Positions 27,310-39,079 of a stretch of DNA of 64,000 bases are shown one piece after another (position 1 is the stretch's first letter; every line of letters starts with the position of its first letter). The notes beneath the pieces were generated by a model. It had not been told where the DNA came from and did not search any database. It was given only the letters and a program-made list of their open reading frames with translations. The stretch lies in NCBI GenBank assembly GCA_040954595.2, contig CM082580.2, positions 7,480,390 to 7,544,389 of the forward strand, given 5' to 3'. A program made the position numbers and the translations under genes. This stretch comes from Balanoglossus misakiensis. Taxonomy: Eukaryota; Animalia; Hemichordata.

Positions 27310-29975
27310 GAATATTGCAAACCCACACAATGTCTCCATTCTCGTAATTGCGGGCTTTTTTTCCTTTGACAAGAACCCCAAGGCTGAAGACGGTCCCATT
27401 AAAGATAAGTACACTCGGAGAACTGTCGCGTCTTATAAAGAACACCATCTATTCACGAAGAGTATTTTAACAGAAAATATCCTTGAAGCATACATCTCAT
27501 CTCTACAGAAATGCATTTTAAAAGCAGAATCACTTTTCAGAGGCAGACTCAGTATTCCCATTACTCTGATAAATGATATAACGCGTAATAGAAATTCACG
27601 GCACCTCTTAGGCCGGAATATCTAAAAGTAATAGTGAAATATTTATCTCTACGAACAGGAGACCGAGAGGCAAGACTCTTTTAAACATTACATAATGTAC
27701 AGCAAGTAAACGTCTCAGTGTGAAAACCGTATAATAATATGTTAAACAATGTTGGGCATGTGACTGTTATAGATAGCAAAATCTAGCAAAATTTGGCATG
27801 AATGTTTATGTCTGCACATACGCTGTATAGAGTTTAGTCTGTACAGGTATGCATCTTGACTTCGGTTTATATATACTAGTAGCTCCGCGTCTGTCGCTTT
27901 ACAATAAACATCTCCTAACAGCCATTGCATAAACGTACCCCTAACAAAGTCAATCAGGGCATGATCGTCCTTTAACGTGAAACGTAATAAGAGGATTGAT
28001 ACTTTTATAGTGAAAATTCATTCGTTTGCGGTTGGTTCAGGTCGTGAAACTATAAATTGGTCTCGTTAGAGGGAGAAGTCGCTGCTACTCGTTATTTTCC
28101 GTCCCGAAATAAGTGACATCATGGAGATCATATTAGTTACGGAAATAGCTTGGAGCAAGCTACCAGTGCTAGAAGTCGTGCGTGACGGTACTGGTTTCCG
28201 GTGTTATTTAAGGAAAGGTTTACCAACAAGCAACTGCAAATGACACGGATAGGTTCATACATAGATACATACATACATTTTCACAGCTGATGACAAAATG
28301 CCAATTTTGGCCAGCCGACTTACTCATGTTGACAAAGTCTTGTGATGCCCGAGCATACAGTCCAATTACAATCAGAAAATCTTCTTCAAAAAGGTGAAGA
28401 TGGTAAACGGCCAATTGTTGTAATTGCATGGCTACTTTCTCGTAAAAAGACCCAAGGCTGGAAACGGACCATTAAGAATAATTATCCTTTGAAAGCTTTC
28501 GAGTTTTCACGAGAACGCAATCTGGCTGCCGAAAGGAATATACCCTTGAGGAGCAGGACTCGTCCTTACTATATAAGTATAAAACTAAGAACACATTTCA
28601 AAAGAGAACTGGGTTTTCTCCGTATTGCCATTACTCCGGTAAACAGTACACGTCACAGAACATGAATGAATATCTCAAGAGTTTGGATGCTGGGTTAATT
28701 TGAACACTCCAGAATTCATGACATATTAACATCTCTGCATGACAGTATAATTACTAGTGACATTTTACATATATATGTTATGCCCATAGACATAGTGCAC
28801 GCGTAGGTTGCGTCTAGGTAACATCTACTATATTGACTATAACTGTTCCCTATCTGTCGCGTACGGAAAACCATACCCGTTACCAATGCAAAATTCGGCG
28901 AATTCAGGCAACTTGCTATAAGCTAATACTGAATCACATTGATTCACGGGCAAAAGTAAAGTACACCCATCATCATGCAAGGCAGAGCATGAGAATAATG
29001 ATCACCACCATGTAAGAGATATTAACAAACATGATATTCACATTGCACAACGTTATAAAATCCAAATTATTTTCCTTTTATGACTGTAATTGTGCATTGC
29101 AATAAGCAATATACCGGAGCCGACGATCAACGGCATCAATTTAATATCGTGCAGCTGCATGCAGCATTGGCAATCGATGATATCATTTTCATGCAGCGCC
29201 AGGTGATGGATGTCAACATAAAACAAGGCCGCATTCATGCATGACAAATAAGGGGGGAAATTGTCTTACAAATCACAAAGAAATGGAATTTTTAAAAACA
29301 AATGACCATGATATGTCATAAAAAAGGAAATGGCGCGCCCATGTCACATCGTAAAATATAACTTGGTTAAGGTCGTTATTTTACATTTTAGTTGTGTAAC
29401 AAATGCATAATGAGGTCGTACTGACACATTTTATGGAATTTCAGTAAAGAATAACTCATGTTAACAAATCTGCTTTTCTACCCGACACACTACCAAAGTA
29501 CCATTCGAAGTAGTGATTTCTTTCCTGTCTTGAGCACTATCATTATCAGTGAAAAGTACAAGGAAATGTATTCTAGGGTCCGTTCAACGGTATCCATTAA
29601 CGTAAAATTGAAATTGATATTGAAAACCGGTTTGATTCTTGAGCTACGTTGAAACCGTCACGAGCTTCCTGTTTACCCAGTCGAAGTATGATCATCCAAA
29701 ATCTACTAATCTATTAATCCACAAAGATTAACTATCGCAAATCTCGGATCCATTCTTGTAATTGCATACTCGCCCTCGACAAGAACCCCCAAGGCCGAAA
29801 ACAGCCATTAAAGATATTCGTAATAAAAAGCTGCCGCGTTCTTACAAAGAACACAATCTAGAAACCGAAAGAGTTTAGCAGAAAATACCCTTGGGGAGCG
29901 TATCTCGACGGTAATACGATGCGTTTTCGAGACAGACCCGTTAGTCTACGTACTATATACCCATTACTCTGATCA
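27310..29975. repeat. Three dispersed direct copies of a ~250 bp element (27310-27570, 28410-28645, 29730-29975)
   Basis: gacaagaaccccaaggctgaagacggtcccattaaagata / aaagacccaaggctggaaacggaccattaagaata / gacaagaacccccaaggccgaaaacagccattaaagata; each ends near ccattactc. Confidence 0.75.
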
Positions 29976-31143
29976 ACGCTAAACGTTGCAATATACATAT
30001 TCGACATATTCAAGTCTGTGTAAAAACTATAATTACAGGTGTAACACTGTCGTGGGGAGTGTGGAGAATTCTGATGCATGTTTTGGGTATATATGCGCTT
30101 ATGCCTGGCCCATTAAATGAATATACACCAACAGAGGTTAATAGCGTATCGTATCATTAGCCTGCTTATCACAAGAGTTTTAACGCAATTCTCAGTCGAG
30201 ACTGAGCTGATTGCCGCCGCGTCGTTGCCAGTGGTGTGTAGTTTCTCACTGTTAATGGCAGAGGGCGTTCTACAAGTCCGGGTCTCTGAGAATCCCCACA
30301 ATGCTTTATTGCAAATGTAATAATCGTGGACAGGTTGATTCAATTCGTTTAGATTTCACTTAGGCTTTCAGCAGCGTAACCCATCCGCTGTTACTTCACA
30401 AATTGACTTGCGTTCTCAGGTGGTTTAGGTAACACTTGCGTAAGAGAGTTCAATTTTACCTTCAATGGATACGATCACCTCTGGCGACCTGCAAAAGGTC
30501 TCAGCTTGGGCCTATTTGGTACAGTCACGCAAATGGCCTTAAATAGTAATATGTAAGGTTCGCGTTCAATGCCCCTCAGTTTAATTAGAGCGTTACCTGT
30601 CAATCAGATTGTGAGTACTTACATAGGGTTTGATTAATTAATGTGGCTAATTGGTGCAATTCAGGACAACGTGCTACAAAAATTTCTCTATCCTTGCGCC
30701 TTCATAATATGCAAGCGCGGGCCAACCAGACAAGCGATGTGGAAATGATAATATCAATTGGACCTCTGGGTAAATGTGTACACGGATGGGGCTGTTTCCA
30801 AAGGTGCTTAACACTAATGGCAGCCAAACAGCTTAGAGAGCTTGGAAACATGATTACCTTTCGAGGGCGTACTTGTTTCTCCCACCTACACCATTTACCT
30901 CTGTGATTCTGTGAAAGCAACTCTCTCATGCGAAAACATGTCACTTGAAATGCTTAGATTGCATCAGACAAATACACACTTGCATACAGGTAAATGCTAC
31001 AGTACCCATAGCGGCATATAGTATACACCTCAAGTTTCCATCTTGGGTATTCTCGCCGTACCGTTAAATATTGACATAATGCACTTGTACCAAATAGATT
31101 TCTGCACCACTAATTCACGAGAGCCTTATATACAAAAACCCAC

Positions 31144-31425
31144 CTTAGTGTCGTAAACGTCCATTTGCAGACGGTGGTGCGGCAGGAGATGTCTGCCACC
31201 ATTAACAGCTTTCAGGGCTAAGTCCACCGCTGGTTTTACGCCCCAAGCTTTGTCCGTCTCGGCGTCTTGCGAAGTTAAAGGGAAAAGGGCCGCAAAATTA
31301 AGAGCGGGTTCCAATTCTCCGACTGTGTCTCCGACGGTTATTACGTTTGACGCAGTTGCGGCAGAACATACGTGTAACAGCAGGTAGAAGCACATTGCAC
31401 GTGGCGCGAACCGCACAGAAAACAT
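31144..31425 (-). CDS. Variable first coding exon B2 of a GABA-B receptor-like protein
   Basis: ATG at 31425; leader MCFYLLLHVCSAATA; LNFAALFPLTSQDAETDKAWGVKPAVDLALKAVNGGRHLLPHHRLQMDVYDTK; phase-0 donor AAG|GTGGGT at 31144/31143. Confidence 0.88.
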
Positions 31426-31619
31426 TTCCAGAAGGTGTTTCTCTCCTATCGTTCTCTATACACCCAAGTTCAAAGCCTAACTCTTCGATGACAGCCAAGT
31501 ATCTTTCATTCAGTGGTGAACGAAAGGGTGTAGTGTGCTTTGCTCGACGAGTTGCTCTTAAATTCTTCTGCCAAGTGTGGACATCAGGGGATCTCGTCAC
31601 AGTGTCCCCGAAGAATGAG

Positions 31620-33040
31620 TTCACGATGCAGTTGTGTGAGGCGGATCGTCTTGGTTATCTAACCATCATGACATCATCTATTAGCATCGCTGAGGCCGAA
31701 TCGCGCATGCCGAGTGCATGCGCCGCTGTATAGAACACTGCGTATACGAGTTGCAATATTGATGATAGTCCCAAACGATGTACTCATGCGATAATGTCGT
31801 CGAGTCGATGTTCACTGACCATAGAAATATATAAGACTCGGAAGGTGTGCCTCCGGGCGCTGGACAGTAATTAGAGACGAGACAGCTTCCACAGAACCGC
31901 TGCCACCGTTGCAAGATCACTTTCAGACGACGAAGTACACCCTTGCAGTCTTCTGATAACTGTGCTAGTCTAGCCTTTGCTTCAGAAGAGCCTTTTTAGC
32001 TTTATGTGCGTAATGCATTAGCGTCGCTCATGCGAACAGTTCCCCATTTTCCCCCACCCGCCTTGGCTTGGGCATTAATCCCGTTGCTTTTACTGTCTCT
32101 GTCTCCAGTAATTACGCGGGACACGCTAACATTTGCAAGTCGACTGAGCACAAGGAGCACCGGGGCTATGTTTTATGCTGCTCATTCCACGCTGCGTCCA
32201 TGTCGAGTTTTGTTTTGTTCTGTCTGACTGGTTTCTGTCTCATGCGCCTCCTGCGCGTGTCACCGCCATGCTTAGCGAAACCACCCATGGGTGTAATTTG
32301 CTGCTTTAAATAGCCACGTCTGCAATAATGGCTCGCTTGATAATACGGCTCGCGTATTTGTTTGGGTGTGAGCGTGGGCGTGTCAGTAGCGTGTTGTGTT
32401 TTAACACCACCGTCGCGTTAATTGCGCATCAAATACTAATAGTCCGCGACCTCACCGGAAAACGACCTTCCGTTTTGCGTTATAAGTTGCGTTATAACTA
32501 CTAGGATGTGATTTTAAGTTTTTTTTGTGACTGTTCGCTATAAAACAAAAATGATGTGATTGAAATCAGGCATGGTGTCTTTAAAAAATGAAACTAGTGC
32601 GTGCCATCTTGTGGACATTTTCTGTGCGTGAAACGCAGACGCTGAATTTCTCACGCAAATAAACGGAATCAATCAAGATCGGTCTAGGTAATATGTCTCA
32701 TCGAGTATAACAAATTGAATTACAGCCACGCCACGAAAGAGTATAGCTGATTGCATATTTATCCATTCACAAATATTGACCTTTTTTCTGGCATTCTGAA
32801 GTCAAATGATTGAATGTCGTAAGCAAAAAAAAAAATGACTGGCCATATCCTGAAGACACGGTAACGCGCAGTGAATACTGGAGAATGAAAGCGCGCGTTT
32901 TCCATCAAGTGTCTGGTGGGTTTCGTTAATCGGATTACACGGTACGTTTCTCCCCGTAATAGAACACAATTTCTGAATACTGAATTGGAACGTTGTCCAA
33001 ATTGAATTACTACCATTAGAAAAATACAAGTGAACACACA
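31620..33040 (-). promoter_or_regulatory. Upstream/promoter region of exon B2, homologous to 15050-16340
   Basis: Collinear shared blocks with the B1 upstream region; AGTGCATGCGC at 31713-31723. Confidence 0.45.
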
Positions 33041-33489
33041 CGAGGCACGGGAGCGAACTGGGACGCCTCGGCGAGATTGTTTCGCCGTACACCGTGTAAA
33101 GTCTATGCATTCTGCGGGGTGACAGAAACTCGATCATCAGTGACGTGAAAATGATTCAATTGAAACGTAATGTCCCGCCAATATTGTGAAGCAGTTTCCC
33201 ATTAGTTTGTGTCATTTAATCATTTTATCCCCAGCGTCCAGTCAAAATAATGTTTGGCTCGTTTTATAAGCTGTAAAGTCTGGGTAAGCGGGGCGTCCGT
33301 TGTTTTAATGTAGCTATGGTTTATGTCTTATGATGTACTTTCACTTCATGGGGAGATACTAGTAATAATACTGCAGTGTTAGTTTTGACGAAATCTTTCG
33401 GTTGAGTCGACGTTCATAATGCGATTACAAACGCAAGGATAACTGTCAACATTACTGAGCATAACTTAAACTTTAACGTCCGTTTCAAT

Positions 33490-33700
33490 TTAGTTCAATT
33501 TATCCTCCTGAATTGAAGATGAACGAAACATCTGAATCGGTTCCTTCTGCTTCTTATCTGAATATTCTTCCTGACTTTGACGGCCGGAGCGCCTTTGTTT
33601 ATCAGGCTGTAAACGACAAGAGAGATAACACTCTCACCAAGGGCGTATACATCAGTCAGGTTATTCGTTCAGCAAGAGCATATAGTTCAGGTGACGTATG
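33490..33700 (+). mobile_element. Degenerate Penelope-like retroelement reverse transcriptase fragment
   Basis: ETSESVPSASYLNIL...NDKRD...GVYISQVIRSARAYSS resembles the PLE RT C-terminal pattern SASYLD...YDKRDDF...YGVYISQLIRYARACS, with an internal deletion. Confidence 0.7.
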
Positions 33701-36700
33701 AGCTCTGCAAGCCGTGAAAATAGGGGGGGGGTCGTAAAATGCCACGTTCCTGTCAGGGGCATTTCGTTTGATTTGTTTGTGCCATAGTCATATTTTACAC
33801 GGCAATCGAACCAATATTTCGCCCAACGAGATGAGACTAAAAGGGTAATCTATTACATCTTGATCCAGATGTGCTGTTTCATTAACCCGATACACCTTTA
33901 GACATGATTTGAAACTAAACATTAAATCATGTTCCTCGCCGACGAGTCGGTTGTGATATCCCCCTCACACCTGTTTATGTTATCATTATCGTATACAGAC
34001 AGTTTCTTTCATACCGTGTATGACATATGTTTTTTTCACTGTCTAAACTCTGAAAGTCATGTTGGATGCTATTTCATCGCCCCAATACAAGACAAGGTAG
34101 GATTCTGTTGGATTCACCGACGTCTATTTTCGTACCTCCTGGGCAAACTACATTAGGAGTAGGCTATCACTCGTACTTAGACATCAGAGAAAGACGTCTG
34201 ACCCTTTAACTCATACAATTCACCGGCAAGCCTCTATAATTGAGACAGGCCTGATTATCGTCACGGCAAGGATATAAGGATGTCCGCCGCGCTTCAATTA
34301 AATAATGCTAAGAAGACCTGAGAGACGGTGTTCATGTCGACGTATACACTGATCCCCCAGCCATTTTAATTAGTGAAATGTTTTACTGACTTCGCTTTCA
34401 TGATGTTGATATGGCATATGCCTTTTGATTTTGCAATTCACAACGCATGTGCTAACCTGCCGACAGACATGACAGTTTAATTGTCTAAGCCATTTGGTTA
34501 GAACTGTTTAGGTCGTAAAGCGGTTACAATATCCAATACGTTATGTATGACAACGATTGCGGGGTTTCCATAAGTCAGCAAGTAGCCAGAGGTCAGAGGT
34601 CATTACGTTCCCGAAAGCGACACTGGTTAATGTCAGTGCTGCGATTTAGTTCCTCGTTAAGAATCGATCGTGAGACAATAACTATTCACACTGTCGGCCA
34701 CAGACCCTGAAGTGCCGGAGAGGTAAGCACCAAAAAACAAAATGTATTGGTAGTTTGTACGTAGATGGCGCTACACCACACAAGTTCCATGATTTAACAG
34801 TTACTCACTGAAATATTGGTCATTTTTTCCCACGTATTAGATGCAGCCTCATTTTCTTATTCCAGAAACAGTTCGTAACGTCCTGCCTTTGACACGTGAA
34901 CCCGCAGTGTGCGCTTGTATTAGCATCCATATCGCCCTGACTTTCCCTGTTGTTATAGCTTAACGGGGATGGATGGGCTACATCCGTTAACTTTGTTTAT
35001 CTATCTTGCGCCCCCAACTCATAAAATGTTGAAAGTGGGGTCTGAGTCCCTTATATATAAACCCCGCAGGATATAACCCAGATTTTGGTGTACATAAATC
35101 GTGACGTATAGTACGAGGGGATGGACGTCACGAATATCATATGTCGCGTTTTGGCGTATCTCTGTAGTTCGTTCATAAACCCAAAAGGGGAAATGTAGAA
35201 TTGCGACTGAGCAGATGTCTTTGAATTTTAGGGAATGATGGGAGCTCAGCCCGAGACCGAGTATTTTGACGATGGGAATATGATCACAGAAAAAACGAAG
35301 ACGACGCAAGCCTTTGACGGACCCAATTTTGTTGAAATCGACCCCAGCAATACCTGCAAATTGTCTTCAATTTCCCCGTTTCAGCAAGGAAATTTACCCG
35401 TTGCTAATGACGTCGGATTTAGGTTGATTGTACCCTGTAGGCCTAATCTGTACTTCTTGTGTACCCAGCCGTTTTTTTGAGTAGACGACAAAAAGTGACA
35501 GACTCATAGTTGTGGCATAGCGCCAAATCCAGATAAGCGCGCAGTTCTAAACGTTTAGGACATTTTACTTCGAAGGCAGATCAGAACGACAAACTCGCGG
35601 ATTTCGTCGTGTCATCGCGTGCAGACTTTCGAAGTGGAAGAAACCTACCCTGGGCTATTTGAAGTAATTTTCGTAATGGATCTGAAGAGCGCGCTTGGAG
35701 ATCGAGTTTCTATGGAAAATGCCGGAAAAACCCGAGGCCTGGGCTTGTCGTCCCGCGTCTTGCAAGAGCAAAGCAAATTGGTTTATGGAACTTGACCTTC
35801 GGGAAAACAGATACTTGGCTTTTTGGGGATTAAAACCTTGAAACAGCACACTGCCTGACAGCTAGAGCGACGAAGATGGTCATAAATATCTGCCTCGGTA
35901 GATGAAATCACAAAACATGGCCGTCGAAGCATGATTTTAATATCCCAGAAATTCAGATCATTTTGTATACATTTGTTCAGTTCAATCGGATAAATTTAAA
36001 ACCAAATGCTTGATCCTCAATCTTCTACAGAATTTAAATGCACAGGAAAATTTAAGGTACATTTAGTAATTTAGTCTTCAAAAGAAACATGGTTGAATGA
36101 TCTATGTGAAAAAAGCGATTATCTACGACTGAATCATTTAGGTTTTTTCCACTATTTTCAGAGAGATAAACGCTTCCTATATGGCGTATACAAACAATAT
36201 TTCTGGTAAAAATTCTATTCCACTGTGCCCATACAAAGATATCTAAAAGGTCACACAAGGGGCAAAATGCTATCAAATTACACTTGTTTTCTACACTTGA
36301 AATGATTTTGCGGAATTGCACAAACTCGTTGCTCGTTTGGAACAATAGACTTTGAATGTCACCACGATTCAGCGTACCCGTAAAATGGGACTCCATTAGC
36401 GAAGATTGACTGGAGGAAATTTAAATTTCGTTACTTTAATAGAAAATAAATACCACTCATGGCTCTAGTGATTTCAATTTCTCTTTTGGCACAAAACGTC
36501 TCTGAGATTGTTGAACAGCAATTGACCCCTTTTGAACATCGCGGTCTTGTAATCTCGTCAGAAAAACCGGCAGACGTAGAGACCGTTTTATCACAACCGG
36601 CATCCGACACGCAAATCACCAACCGAGGGTGGAATAAATTCAAGCAAGACGAATCATTTTGTCACAAACCAGACAACAATCATACGACTTTGCTTTGTTT

Positions 36701-38773
36701 GTCGTAAAAGGTTTAATTCTATACAGGGAATTGGCATTTATCTGTTATTCCATCACGTTAACTATGAGCCTTTGCGGTCCCGGCCACCCCCGAGCGACAG
36801 TCATGATCTGCGCACTCTCTGGAAATAGAGCAGAGAACCAAAAGCCGCGGCGGTTCTTTTCTCCCACCGCAGTCCTGATTTTGCATCTAGCAGTGAATAA
36901 ATGACATATGTTTCTTGACGGAACGGATCAATTACGGCGCGACAAATTGAAACGGGGAAAAAGCAACAAAGCGTTTGATTGGTGTTCATCTCTCCATCAA
37001 CGATTTCAATGAATTTCGTCTTTTCAGCGCCTTGACGTCATTTTGTCAAAGATCGCAGCGCGTACGCTTCGACGTAATTGGCAGAATCCAGGCCAAACCG
37101 CGCCGCTAAACCAGGCATGACAAACAATTGTAAAGGTCTTGCAATTGTGCGCTCTTCAAAAAATCATATATATAACCGTCTCTGTGAATCTGTTGGGTTC
37201 AATCGCGTCTAGATTTTTATCGGACGCGTTGTCACTGATTGTAATTACCAGCTGCTTAAACTGACGACATTTGGGGAAAAAGTCAGTCTACGATCATTTT
37301 GTGAGCAACGAAATCAGCGATAACTTCGAGACTTTTCGAGAACTTATCTTACAAGACCGCTGTTCAGGAGCGTTGTCATGGAGATTATCCCGCGGTTCGC
37401 CTCCCGATTTTGTTAACCCATATGGTCGAATTTGATTAGATATAAAGTAATTGCATTGATGCATACATCTAAAGCGCGTACGCCTATTTAAAAATATCAA
37501 TTTCGGGTATTGTCTAAATTGTCTTTCTGAGGTTTGGTCGTTGCCATGGCAATTAGTCAATAAGTATGACAGCTTCAGATCATTTCCATGTAGTCATGCC
37601 AATCGAATAACATGTATTGGTTTATCGTGTCTATGGAATATTTTCTTTATGTAGATATAACCTGTCTATATGGATTATTTTCTTTACGAAAAGCTTTCAC
37701 CAATTTCTAAACTTATCTTTTTACAATCATTTTGCGTTGACGTTGTCAGTTGGTAAAATAATGCAATATCCTTAAACCACTGCACTTTTTCTGATGAGGT
37801 TTAATCGAATTGGAATTCCCCATCTTCCCATGTTGACGTTTTCAATTGGCTAAATTAACAACATTCAAACGTCGAAAGCTATTTCACCAATCATTTTTTT
37901 TCTGCAATCCCCTTCAAGAGTCATCTTCAGTACAGTCATCATCTTCGTAAACCTTACGTGACATCTTGCCCGTGTAATTTATCCCAGGAACAAAACGTTG
38001 TCACGGCAACCGAAGCCGTTTTCTTTCGACGAGGAACGACTTGAAAGGAGAACGTGTATCGAGTTTCAGTTACAGACTGACTTTATTTTTGCGTCCAGGG
38101 TTTCATGCATAACCCCTGCTTCGACGCCATTGTTGAAGTATAGTGAAAAGACACGTGCCACAAATAACGCAGACTGAAAGTAAGCGGCAGCAAAAAGAGA
38201 TCTGGTTTTATCTTTATGTCCGCGGTTGACTTTGACGACAGAGCCATGATGGGTATATTTGCAAGCCTACCGAGAGACGATCAGACCGCTATGTGTACGA
38301 CCTATAGTTCATTAAACATTCAATATTCCACTCAGGATATTATTTCGTAAATTGAAACTTTTTTTGGCTTTCTGGTGAGTGTGCTGATATTTTTGCGAAA
38401 TGAAAGTCAAGTTCGTGGATTTTTGTTTGTGGTCAAGTAACTATGGAAATCCAAAACACTTCGTTTGCGTCGTTGCTGCAGCCGCACAGTCCCCAAAATC
38501 AATACAGATCATGAATATGAATTGTGACAGAGTATCTCGAATTATTAGTTACCCACAAGTCTCTGCGAGGGGTTTGAACGCAGTAGTAGTCAGTACTCAA
38601 AAAGGTACAGCGCACCTTATCCTTGCACATTGTCGGCTGGATTGAATGAGAGTTTCCTAAACCATGATTCAGAGCGCTTAAATGTTCAAAAGGCTCTTTG
38701 CCACCAACGACGATTGCACGGAATTCTGATTTCGATAACAGTTAGTGCGGCGTCGACATTGACAGCTGAAAGC

Positions 38774-39079
38774 ATGAGGCAATTGCACGGAACCAGAGAT
38801 GGTGGAAAAGCTCTAGGGATAGCGATTTTAGCAGCGTGCGTCGTCTTCTCCGCCTCCTCCCCCTCCTCAGGAGTGGTCGTAAGCGGATCAAACGCGACGT
38901 CGTCCAGCCGGATGACGGACCTGCACTTCGCCGCACTCTTCCCGTTCACGTCCAAAGGAGCGGAGAGCCGGGTAGCGTGGGGCGTCAAAACGGCCGTCAA
39001 CTTAGCGCTGCAACACGTCAATAACAGCACACGCGTTCTGGACGGGTATTGGCTTAATATGCAATCATACGACACAAAG
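38774..39079 (+). CDS. GABBR2: GABA-B R2-like exon 1 (signal peptide + VFT start)
   Basis: MRQLHG...[15 protein letters not shown]...[53 protein letters not shown]; donor AAG|GTAAGT. Confidence 0.88.

Noticed and set aside
27278-28665. Two ORFs with similar peptide patches (ILVIA/IVVIA, IPITLIN/IAITPVN)
   Set aside because: Arise from the ~250 bp DNA repeat; the reading frame is not conserved across the four copies.
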